A stretch of 45,615 nucleotides of DNA from an uncultured bacterium (GTDB taxonomy: Bacteria > CAIJMQ01), in NCBI GenBank assembly GCA_964573245.1, contig CAZNJA010000003.1, positions 1-45,615 on the forward strand. Reading direction: 5' to 3'. Shown one piece after another: positions 9,537-17,788 of this stretch. Numbering within the stretch: position 1 is the stretch's first letter; each line of letters begins with the position of its first letter. Below the pieces are notes generated by a model, which saw nothing but the letters and a program-made list of their open reading frames with translations, was not told the DNA's origin and did no database searches. A program made the translations under genes and the position numbers.

Positions 9537-10517
9537 ATAAAACAAAGAAGATTCGACAATACTGACTTTAATGTGGGAGAAGTGGGACTGGGCTGCTGGC
9601 AATTCGGCGGGGATTTCGGGCCTATGGATGAAAATACTGCATTTGAGATTATGTCGACTGCAGTAGAAAACGGAATAAATTTCTTCGATACAGCAGATGT
9701 TTATGGTAACGGAAGAAGTGAATCCCTGATAGGAAAATTCTTAAGCACTTCAAAAAATAAAATTTTCGTTGCAACAAAATTCGGACGTAGCGGAGGCATA
9801 TATCCCGACAAATATACCCAGCAGGCACTGCGCCAGGCAACGGAATCTTCACTCAAACACCTTAATGTAGAAGCACTAGACTTAATACAACTTCATTGTG
9901 TCCCGATAGATATTCTAAGAAACGGTGAAATCTTTGTGTGGCTTGGCAAACTGAAACAGGAAGGCAAAATAAAAAATTTCGGAGCAAGTGTTGAGACAAT
10001 TGAAGAAGCAATGCTGTGTTTAGAGAAAAGTGATGTTTCCTCCCTGCAAATAATATTCAATATATTCAGACAGAAACCAATACAAGAACTTCTGCCAAAA
10101 GCAAAGATGAAAAATGTTGCAATAATTGTGCGGCTCCCTTTGGCAAGCGGGCTTCTTGCAGGCAAATTCACAAAAGAAACCCAATTTGCAGATACAGACC
10201 ACAGAAACTATAACCGCGACGGTAAATACTTCAACGTGGGAGAAACCTTCGCAGGAATACCGTTTGAAAAAGGAGTAGAACTCGTAGGATCGCTCAAACC
10301 GCTCGTTCCTAAAGAGATGACAATGGCGCAAATGGCAATACGCTGGATTCTGGACTACGATGCTGTTTCAGTTGTAATTCCCGGAGCAAGTTCTCCAGAG
10401 CAGGCAAAAGCAAACGCAAAAGCATCCGATTTACCACCACTATCAGATGAACTCCATAAAAAACTTTCTGAAATTTATACGAACGAGGTCCACAAACACA
10501 TTCGTGGGCCGTATTAG
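9537..10517 (+). CDS. aldo/keto reductase (probable ATA start 9537; first canonical start GTG 9573)
   Basis: GLGCWQFGG, FFDTADVYG.G.SE, LDLIQLH, PLASGLL. Confidence 0.93.
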   Translation: MKQRRFDNTDFNVGEVGLGCWQFGGDFGPMDENTAFEIMSTAVENGINFFDTADVYGNGRSESLIGKFLSTSKNKIFVATKFGRSGGIYPDKYTQQALRQATESSLKHLNVEALDLIQLHCVPIDILRNGEIFVWLGKLKQEGKIKNFGASVETIEEAMLCLEKSDVSSLQIIFNIFRQKPIQELLPKAKMKNVAIIVRLPLASGLLAGKFTKETQFADTDHRNYNRDGKYFNVGETFAGIPFEKGVELVGSLKPLVPKEMTMAQMAIRWILDYDAVSVVIPGASSPEQAKANAKASDLPPLSDELHKKLSEIYTNEVHKHIRGPY

Positions 10518-10589
10518 TAAAAAGAGTAATACTAATTTACAATATGCGCCCTAAAACCCTTTTATGTATTTTGGGTTAAGAAATGATAA

Positions 10590-10795
10590 TTGTAATTTGG
10601 ATATTGGGATTCCCGCCTGTCAATATTGGCGGACAGGTATTTGGTTATTGTTTCTTGTGTCTTGCCCGCCTTGCAGAGCAAAGCGAGGCAGGTATCTTGC
10701 AATTTAATTGGAAACTGGTAATTGCTAATTGAATATTGGAAATTGTTTGCTTCTTGTATCTTAGAATTTACTTGAAAATTGACAATTGTTAATTT
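10590..10795. repeat. degenerate heptamer (TTGNNNN) array with two family C inserts
   Basis: TTGGAAA CTGGTAA TTGCTAA TTGAATA TTGGAAA...; inserts at 10612-10637 and 10665-10692. Confidence 0.8.
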
Positions 10796-11795
10796 AAACT
10801 TGAAGTAGTTTCTTAACTCTCCCCACATCCTCTGCAATCTGTTTTTGGGCGTCCTGGCGGGTTTTGAAAATTATTCGTGAGCGCAGTTTCTTAAAGAATA
10901 CAATTTCTACTTCCTTGTGATAAATATTTTCTTTTAATCCTATAACGTGGGCTTCTATTAATCTCTTTGGCTGGGTTGTTACGAAGAAGGCTGTTTTGCT
11001 CGCCCCGTTAGAAGTAAGTCCCGATTTTACCTGCTTCGCCTTCGTCTCATCAAGGCGGGTGTTGGGACTGCCCGCCATTGTATCAGTGGCGGGACTTCTA
11101 ATGGGGTCAACCCTCGCCCAACCCGCATATATGCCCTCAGGGGGCAAAAGTATCTCATCAAAATACATATTTGCCGTGGGAAATTTTATATCCTTGCTCA
11201 TACCCTTGCCTTCGGTTACTTTACCCAAAAGCGAATATTTTCTTCCCAGAAATTTTTCTATTCTTTCAAAACTGCCTTCGGTTATTAAACCCCTTATTTT
11301 TGTGCTGGAGACGGTTTCGCCTTCTACTGTCATAAGAGGGATGGCAGTAACGGAAAATCCAAACTTTTTGCCTTCTTCTTTAAGTAGTTGTATATCTCCG
11401 CGTCTGTCCTTCCCAAAACGGAAATCTTCTCCTATATAGAGTTCTTTTACGTTTAGTTTCTTAGCCAGAATCTTCTCTATAAAATCTTTAGCTTCCATTC
11501 CAACGGCATGTTTATTAAAATCCAGAACAAAAACATAATCTATGCCTAACTGCTTAAAATAATGTAGTTTCTGTTCAAGGGACATAATAAGCAGTTTTCC
11601 GTGTGAATAACTCAATAATTTTAAAGGATGAAACGAGAAGGTAATTACTGCCGAAGGTTCACCTTCGGCTTTTGCTTTTTTAACAAGAGTTTTTATAATT
11701 TTCTGATGTCCAAGATGTACCCCGTCAAAAAAACCTATGGTTAAGAAGATTGGTTCACTCTTTGCATATTCGTCGAAATTATTGAATATTTTCAT
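10794..11795 (-). CDS. ribF: bifunctional riboflavin kinase/FAD synthetase with in-frame insertion
   Basis: IGFFDGVHLGHQ, GEDFRFG, VSST.IR, FPTAN. Confidence 0.93.
   Translation of the reverse strand: MKIFNNFDEYAKSEPIFLTIGFFDGVHLGHQKIIKTLVKKAKAEGEPSAVITFSFHPLKLLSYSHGKLLIMSLEQKLHYFKQLGIDYVFVLDFNKHAVGMEAKDFIEKILAKKLNVKELYIGEDFRFGKDRRGDIQLLKEEGKKFGFSVTAIPLMTVEGETVSSTKIRGLITEGSFERIEKFLGRKYSLLGKVTEGKGMSKDIKFPTANMYFDEILLPPEGIYAGWARVDPIRSPATDTMAGSPNTRLDETKAKQVKSGLTSNGASKTAFFVTTQPKRLIEAHVIGLKENIYHKEVEIVFFKKLRSRIIFKTRQDAQKQIAEDVGRVKKLLQV
11003..11106. mobile_element. family A TIR element (104 nt) in-frame in ribF
   Basis: CCCCGTTAGAAGT...ACTTCTAATGGGG (12/13 inverted match); encodes PIRS...TSNG. Confidence 0.85.
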
Positions 11796-11808
11796 AACAT
11801 TAAAAAAT

Positions 11809-11842
11809 GATTGTACCGATTAAAACTCTGATTACACAGATT
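11809..11842. repeat. family B 13-mer pair
   Basis: GATTGTACCGATT 11809, GATTACACAGATT 11830. Confidence 0.75.
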
Positions 11843-11899
11843 AAATATTCTATTGTATAATACCCCGAAAACGACTTCAAAACAATAAGGAGGTCCGTA

Positions 11900-12685
11900 A
11901 TGAATATAAAAAAGTTAGTGATAATAAGCATTTTCTTAATTACAGGGCTGTGTATAGGTATTGGTTTAGCGCAGGCCGAAATTGACCAGAAAACAAGCCA
12001 GCTTATAGCCGAACTGGAAGCCAAAGCGGAAGCTATCAATAGTTATCTTGCGGATTCAACGATGAACATGGAAATGATAGGACAGAAGATGGTTTACACC
12101 GGGACACTTGCTTTCAAGAAACCGAACAAGAGCAGGCTGGAAATGAATACAAAGCTCGGCTCTATGGATATGAAGCAAATTATTGTATCCGACGGTAAGA
12201 CAGTATGGACTTATCAGCCCAATATGAAAATAGTTCAAAAAATGGATTTGGATAAAATTATTGCGGAAACGGGTAATGATAATAAACAAAAAAATGGAGA
12301 CCCTTCCGACCCGTTCCAGAATTTAGACCGCGACAGCATCACTTATATTCGCACGGATAAAATAGACGGTAAAGATGTATATATATTCAAGGGATATCCG
12401 CGAATGACTGCCGGAGCAGAGAATGCGCCTTTTGTCCCCGACAATATAGAAATAGGGCTTAACGCGGACAGCGGAATGCTTGGTAAAATGGTCATGTTCA
12501 ACAAAGAAGGCAAAGAAATGATGTCGCAGACCTATTCAAACATAAGATTGAATATAGATATACCGGACAGCAAGTTTGAATTTACGCCGCCCGAAGGAGT
12601 TCAGGTTATGGATATGACCGAAGGCACTGTTAATATGATGAAGCAGATGGGCGAGGACAAAGAACAGCCTGTTCTGCCTAATTGA
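11900..12685 (+). CDS. LolA-like outer membrane lipoprotein carrier family protein
   Basis: signal peptide, G...FKKPNK.R, IVSDGKTVWTYQP, F.FTPPEGV; AAGGAGG SD. Confidence 0.85.
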   Translation: MNIKKLVIISIFLITGLCIGIGLAQAEIDQKTSQLIAELEAKAEAINSYLADSTMNMEMIGQKMVYTGTLAFKKPNKSRLEMNTKLGSMDMKQIIVSDGKTVWTYQPNMKIVQKMDLDKIIAETGNDNKQKNGDPSDPFQNLDRDSITYIRTDKIDGKDVYIFKGYPRMTAGAENAPFVPDNIEIGLNADSGMLGKMVMFNKEGKEMMSQTYSNIRLNIDIPDSKFEFTPPEGVQVMDMTEGTVNMMKQMGEDKEQPVLPN

Positions 12686-12717
12686 AGTTTATTAGAGCCG
12701 GAATAAAGTTTTTGATG

Positions 12718-13692
12718 TCAGATATCAGGCGAAAAAACACGCATGTGATTTAAAACGATTCCGTTATCTGCTAACTTTTCGAGAGCTTTTTCTTCTCTGA
12801 TGCATTTGGCAACTGAAACAAGTTGTCCGTCTTCCGACATGATTTTGGCAATAAGCCCTTTGCTTAATTCGAAATTTCGAACCGAAATCGTTTTCTTATA
12901 TATCGGAGTCCCGCAAAAAGCGTCTTTTAAAAAATCATTTTTTATTTTAAGTTCGGGCAATTCTTTTAAAGCCGTTTTTATATCGAACAGATAATCTTTT
13001 ATATCTTTTTCGGACAAGATATCCTCAAGTTTTTTCGCATTCTTAATAGAAAAATTCCCGACTTTAGTTCTTCTTAAATCCGTTAAAACCGCTCCGCAGC
13101 GCAGTTGTTCTCCTATATCTTTAACCAAACTGCGTATGTATGTGCCTTTGGAACACGCAACTTTAAACCCTATTTCGAGAGAATTAGACCCCATTAGAGA
13201 TTTCACACTCGCCATTGGGCGAGTTATCTCTAACGAGGCAAGGGAATATATGGTAATTTCCCGTTTCTTTCTTTCGACTTCCTTACCTTTGTGGGCAAGC
13301 TGATAGAGTTTCCTGCCGTTTTGTTTTATAGCGGAATGCATCGGCGGAGTTTGTAAATATGTCCCTGTAAACTTTTTAAATGCAGTTCTTATCCGGGCTT
13401 CACTTACTTTAACGTTCTTGTTTTCCTTTATTACTTTGCCTTCTATATCGCCTGTGTCCGTAACCTTTCCTAAAAGCAAAGTCCCTTCATATTCCTTATC
13501 TTTACCTACCAGAAACTGAACAATTTTCGTGGCTTCATTAAGGCACATTGGAAGAAGTCCCGTAGCCATAGGGTCAAGCGTGCCGAGATGTCCCGCTTTT
13601 TTTATACGAAACTTTCGAGCTATTTTTTCTACAACTTTATAAGAAGTTAATCCTTTCGGTTTATCTACTAAAAGAATTCCGCTGAGCATCAA
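12718..13692 (-). CDS. truB: tRNA pseudouridine(55) synthase with in-frame insertion
   Basis: DKPKGLTS, KAGHLGTLDP.ATG, PP.HSA.K..G..LY, CSKGTYIRSL. Confidence 0.97.
   Translation of the reverse strand: MMLSGILLVDKPKGLTSYKVVEKIARKFRIKKAGHLGTLDPMATGLLPMCLNEATKIVQFLVGKDKEYEGTLLLGKVTDTGDIEGKVIKENKNVKVSEARIRTAFKKFTGTYLQTPPMHSAIKQNGRKLYQLAHKGKEVERKKREITIYSLASLEITRPMASVKSLMGSNSLEIGFKVACSKGTYIRSLVKDIGEQLRCGAVLTDLRRTKVGNFSIKNAKKLEDILSEKDIKDYLFDIKTALKELPELKIKNDFLKDAFCGTPIYKKTISVRNFELSKGLIAKIMSEDGQLVSVAKCIREEKALEKLADNGIVLNHMRVFSPDI
13189..13238. mobile_element. family A TIR element (50 nt) in-frame in truB
   Basis: CCCCATTAGAGAT...ATCTCTAACGAGG; inner hairpin ACTCGCC-ATTG-GGCGAGT. Confidence 0.8.
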
Positions 13693-13704
13693 GAGGAGTC
13701 TCCC

Positions 13705-15063
13705 TTATCTTTTATATACTATTTTATTACTTATCCAAACAACCGGATCCAACACACCCCTTATCGCTTTCTTCAATATCGGATGTTTTCCCACAAACCC
13801 AGCTATTTGGGGAGATGTTTTATAATATGTGTCGACAAAGATTTCTCCTATGGGATTAGTGAGCAAGTATTCATCCCTGAACTCTCTTAAAATATTCACT
13901 TCCGAAGTCATGTGCGAACCATAACATGCCGTGGCTATAAAACACCGTTTTCTGCTTTCTCCATCTCCACTATTATCAAGCCATATCAGTTCCAACCAAT
14001 CAGGTATACCATCTCCATCAGAATCATAGTTCGCATGTAATCCTGTGAAGTCCTGATTAGCCCTGTTGCCGTCGAGAGATATGTAAGAATAATTTTCAGG
14101 AAAGAAGTAATAACCTTCTAATAAAGGAGCAACCATATAGTCCCCCGTTTCCGACCGTCCTGTGAAACCATAATTGCCATCAGCTTCAGGATTTATATCA
14201 ATGTCCGCATCACCGCTTAAATTGAGATTAACGTCCGTAACATCAGCACTGCCACCAAGTAGAGTGACTTGACCGGAAATAATATAGGGAATATCTTCAA
14301 GCCCATTTCCCAAGTTGTAAAGTTCAGCAATTTCGTCAAGAGAAAGTGCTTTATTGAAAATCATTACGTTATCAAGAGAACCCTGAAAATTATCTCCGGT
14401 TGACCCCATGTAATTTATGGCTCCTATAAACAAATTAAAATTATTTGAATAATTTGCCATTACGCAGGTGGCAGTCTTTGTTCTCGACACTTGCGAACCA
14501 TCTTCACAGTACACAGAAGCAGAGATTGTGGTAGGTGATATTTGTTTGACGACTATTGTCCACATCGTCCAAGTACCGAGAGGTGGAAGACCCGCAGCAA
14601 AGGCTGTGGTTTCTGTCCAAATTTGATTGCTATCTGCGACATAACTAATAAAAGCACTATGCCAAGTAGTGTCAGTACCAAAACGAATTCCATTTCCATC
14701 ACCTCCGTCTGTACATGCAATAGTTTGTGTGCCACCGACATTTTCCTCTTTTACCCAAGCGACGATGCTAAAGTCACTCTGGAAAACTGATTGAAATGCA
14801 TTCCCCGTGTCAATGTAATCAGTAGTACCATTAAAATTAAAAGCTCCGTTGATTTTGCCGGTTGTATTAAGCACAGAAGTATTTTGCTGCGCTGTTCCAT
14901 CTGCATAACCCTGGCTATCAATAACTATATCATTGGTAGCATTGTCGTTCATCTTGTAATGAGCAACCAGATTATTTCCCAACGGCTGACCTGATAGGTT
15001 TTGATTTATTAATCCCACAATTGTGCAAAAAAATAAAATTGTAATAATTCTATTTTTATTCAT
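13705..15063 (-). CDS. secreted LamG-like jellyroll protein with CFI-box C-terminal domain
   Basis: signal peptide, LVAHY...F.G..DYI, F.G.LD.V.IFN.ALS..EI, DSDGDG, CFIATACYGS. Confidence 0.85.
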   Translation of the reverse strand: MNKNRIITILFFCTIVGLINQNLSGQPLGNNLVAHYKMNDNATNDIVIDSQGYADGTAQQNTSVLNTTGKINGAFNFNGTTDYIDTGNAFQSVFQSDFSIVAWVKEENVGGTQTIACTDGGDGNGIRFGTDTTWHSAFISYVADSNQIWTETTAFAAGLPPLGTWTMWTIVVKQISPTTISASVYCEDGSQVSRTKTATCVMANYSNNFNLFIGAINYMGSTGDNFQGSLDNVMIFNKALSLDEIAELYNLGNGLEDIPYIISGQVTLLGGSADVTDVNLNLSGDADIDINPEADGNYGFTGRSETGDYMVAPLLEGYYFFPENYSYISLDGNRANQDFTGLHANYDSDGDGIPDWLELIWLDNSGDGESRKRCFIATACYGSHMTSEVNILREFRDEYLLTNPIGEIFVDTYYKTSPQIAGFVGKHPILKKAIRGVLDPVVWISNKIVYKR

Positions 15064-15083
15064 AATTGATCGTTCCTCATTTT

Positions 15084-15800
15084 TTAAATAATAATTCCTA
15101 CTATATCTTTTTCTATTTCAATTATTTCTTCTATGCCTTTTTTCGCCAGTGAAATCATACTATCAAGCTCGGCATGGGAGAAAGGTTCTTTTTCCGCCGT
15201 GCCCTGAATTTCGACTATCTTGCCATTGCTTGTCATACAAACATTCATATCAACGTCTGCTTTTGAATCTTCACTGAATGCAAGGTCAAGCATCTTTTCT
15301 CCGCCAACAATTCCAACCGATACTGCCGCAAGATAATCTTTAATAGGCAGAGAATGTATGATTCGCTGATTCCTTAATTTCTTAAACGCTTCTACCAATA
15401 CTATAAATCCGCCTATTACTGAAGCTACCCTCGTCCCACCGTCTGCTTGTATCACATCGCAGTCAATTTTAATTGTTGATTCGCCAAAAGCTCTTAAGTC
15501 CGTTATTGTTCTCAAACTTCTTCCGATTAGCCGCTGGATTTCCTTTACTCTGCCGCCATCTATTAATTCATTGCGATAGTTTCTTACTCCCGTTGCTCGG
15601 GGAAGCATCCCATATTCCGCAGTAACCCATCCGCCACCTGTCCCTTTTAAAAAAAGAGGGACTCTGTCTTCGAATGTCGCAGTGCATACTATTCTGGTAC
15701 CACCCATTTCTATTAAACAGGAGCCCTCGGCATGTTTTATGTAATTTAGTTCCACCTTTATTTCCCGTATCTGGTTATTTTTCCTCTTATCAGTTCTCAT
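15084..15800 (-). CDS. rph: ribonuclease PH
   Basis: GWVTAEYGMLPRAT, EIQRLIGRSLR, DCDVIQADGGTR, EIQGTAE. Confidence 0.97.
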   Translation of the reverse strand: MRTDKRKNNQIREIKVELNYIKHAEGSCLIEMGGTRIVCTATFEDRVPLFLKGTGGGWVTAEYGMLPRATGVRNYRNELIDGGRVKEIQRLIGRSLRTITDLRAFGESTIKIDCDVIQADGGTRVASVIGGFIVLVEAFKKLRNQRIIHSLPIKDYLAAVSVGIVGGEKMLDLAFSEDSKADVDMNVCMTSNGKIVEIQGTAEKEPFSHAELDSMISLAKKGIEEIIEIEKDIVGIII

Positions 15801-15802
15801 TT

Positions 15803-15817
15803 TTTATCCTTTCTTTG
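15803..15817. repeat. 15-bp direct repeat, copy 1 (copy 2 at 16449-16463; partial copy at 17199-17210)
   Basis: TTTATCCTTTCTTTG identical at 15803 and 16449. Confidence 0.85.
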
Positions 15818-15826
15818 ATTTCATCT

Positions 15827-15861
15827 GATTACACAGATTTTAAAATAAGATTACAGAGATT
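15827..15861. repeat. family B 13-mer pair
   Basis: GATTACACAGATT 15827, GATTACAGAGATT 15849. Confidence 0.8.
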
Positions 15862-15886
15862 TCTTGAATCTAAGAACATGCCTCTT

Positions 15887-16438
15887 TTATTGAAAAGTTA
15901 ATTTATTGATTAAATCTTTATTTTCTTCCATTTCGGGAAGGCTGTATACCAATTTATTTAATTCATCAACAATTACATAAGCTTTCTTGTAAATTTCTTC
16001 AAGTTCTTTATTAGTTATTATCACAGAACCGTTGTTGGGATTTTTTGATTTTGGTAATTTCCCAGATAGTTCTGTCCCAAATATTTTTTCATTATCAAAT
16101 CTCGCCCAACAATAATGCGAAAAACGGTTTCTGAAGATTCTTAGTTTATCAATTCTATTAAGTAATGATAAAATCTCATCTGCAATTTTTCCAGAGATAA
16201 TTTTATTACGATACCGTATGTTTTGGATATTAATAGCATTTTTTATTTTTTCCATTAGCATGGTAACAGTCATTCTATCTGTATAGGTTCTTCCAAGAAA
16301 TTCAGGAGTAATCAATAATCTACTTAATAAAACTCCTAGTAAAAAATCAATATTAGAAAATTCAATTATTACTTTACCTATTAGCAGAAATTGTTCATTG
16401 GTCAACTCTGAATATTTCGAAGAATGATTTAGTGGCAT
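15887..16438 (-). CDS. hypothetical protein, possibly HEPN-like
   Basis: 183-aa AT-rich ORF, helical-looking, with an Rx4H motif (RNRFSH). Confidence 0.6.
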   Translation of the reverse strand: MPLNHSSKYSELTNEQFLLIGKVIIEFSNIDFLLGVLLSRLLITPEFLGRTYTDRMTVTMLMEKIKNAINIQNIRYRNKIISGKIADEILSLLNRIDKLRIFRNRFSHYCWARFDNEKIFGTELSGKLPKSKNPNNGSVIITNKELEEIYKKAYVIVDELNKLVYSLPEMEENKDLINKLTFQ

Positions 16439-16463
16439 TAGTTAAAAATTTATCCTTTCTTTG

Positions 16464-17195
16464 TTATGTTTTTATTTTTCCCAATTCTTTCAACTTTAAA
16501 AAACATTTCGCTGTTAATGCAACATCTGTTAAAGCATTATGTTTATCATATAAAGGTTTAAACGAACTAGCATAATCATAAAAACATTTTTTAAAAAGTT
16601 CCATTAGAGTAGGATATTTATAGTCACCATAAGAACTGGGAATTCTACAAAAGTTTGTTCCTATTTTCATAGTACAGATTTTATCCGTTTTCTCTAATTG
16701 TTTCTCAAAACTATTCCTTAAAAATTCGGCTTCCAAGATTGGTACATCAAAATCAATATTATGAGCAACTAAAATTTTTGCTCTTTTAATTGTTTCAATC
16801 AATTTAGTTAAGACAAGTTTAGGGTCAACTCCTTTTTCTTCCATGATTGCATTTGTAATTCCATGTATTGCTGTGGCTTTCGGAGGTATTTTGATATCCT
16901 GTTTTAGAATATATTCGTTGTGGGCTAATAATTTGCCTTCATTATCTAACAGTATCCATGCTAATTGAACAATATGTGGCCAATTATCCAAATTTTCGGG
17001 TTTAGAGTATCTATTTTGGGGAAGTCCTGTAGTTTCAGTATCAATTATAAGATATTTACCTTCAGTTCCGTTAGATTCCTCAAACGTAAGGTCAAGTTTT
17101 TCTGTCCACTCCTTTCTGACTCCCCTCATATCTGTAGATGATTTATAAATAGTAAAGATTGCAATCACTATAATTAACAATAACCAAAAAAACAT
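16464..17195 (-). CDS. DEDDh (DnaQ-like) 3'-5' exonuclease with N-terminal membrane anchor
   Basis: IIDTETTG, VAHNIDFD, HNALTD; N-terminal FFWLLLIIVIAIFTI. Confidence 0.88.
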   Translation of the reverse strand: MFFWLLLIIVIAIFTIYKSSTDMRGVRKEWTEKLDLTFEESNGTEGKYLIIDTETTGLPQNRYSKPENLDNWPHIVQLAWILLDNEGKLLAHNEYILKQDIKIPPKATAIHGITNAIMEEKGVDPKLVLTKLIETIKRAKILVAHNIDFDVPILEAEFLRNSFEKQLEKTDKICTMKIGTNFCRIPSSYGDYKYPTLMELFKKCFYDYASSFKPLYDKHNALTDVALTAKCFLKLKELGKIKT

Positions 17196-17197
17196 TT

Positions 17198-17788
17198 CTA
17201 CCCTTTCTTTTTTCTTTCGAAAATGTTTTTACCTTTACAATCTATTGCAACTATTACGGGGAAATCTTTTACTTCAAGTTCGCGTATAGCTTCGGTGCCG
17301 AGTTGGGGATATGCTATTACTTTTGCTTTTTTTACTTTTGTGGCAAGTAATGCGGCCGCACCACCCACTGCAAGAAAATAAACCGCTTTGTGTTTTTTTA
17401 TCGTTTTTATTACTTCTTCGTTTCTTTTGCCTTTACCAATCATTCCTTTTAAGCCCTTTTCCAAAAGCGGTATGGTATAAGAATCCATTCGCGAACTTGT
17501 AGTAGGTCCGCAGGAACCGATAGGTGCTCCCTCCTTGGCCGGTGTAGGTCCTGCGTAATAAATTATTTGATTTCTTAAATCAAGGGGCAATTTTTTTCTT
17601 TTCTTAATGGATTCCACTATTTTTTTATGCGCCGCATCCCGTGCAGTATATATAGTGCCGGTAATTAATACTATCTCGCCTGTCTTTAGAGAGATAATTC
17701 TATCTTCGTTTAAAGGAGTAGTTAACTTTTTGACTTTTGACTCCTGCCCGCTTCGCAGCAGGCGGGTTTGACTTTTAACTTTTTTCAT
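17198..17788 (-). CDS. class I fumarate hydratase/tartrate dehydratase beta subunit
   Basis: TARDAAH, GPTTSSRM, MIGKG, LGTEA. Confidence 0.93.
   Translation of the reverse strand: MKKVKSQTRLLRSGQESKVKKLTTPLNEDRIISLKTGEIVLITGTIYTARDAAHKKIVESIKKRKKLPLDLRNQIIYYAGPTPAKEGAPIGSCGPTTSSRMDSYTIPLLEKGLKGMIGKGKRNEEVIKTIKKHKAVYFLAVGGAAALLATKVKKAKVIAYPQLGTEAIRELEVKDFPVIVAIDCKGKNIFERKKKG
17724..17782. repeat. TGACTTT heptamer array with 24-nt family C insert (17743-17766), translated
   Basis: removing CCTGCCCGCTTCGCAGCAGGCGGG restores the TGACTTT periodicity. Confidence 0.8.

Noticed and set aside
11003-11106. Intein, self-splicing intron or tRNA in ribF
   Set aside because: Too short, no intein C/S...HN ends, no recognisable group I/II core, and no T-loop or CCA despite the multibranch fold.
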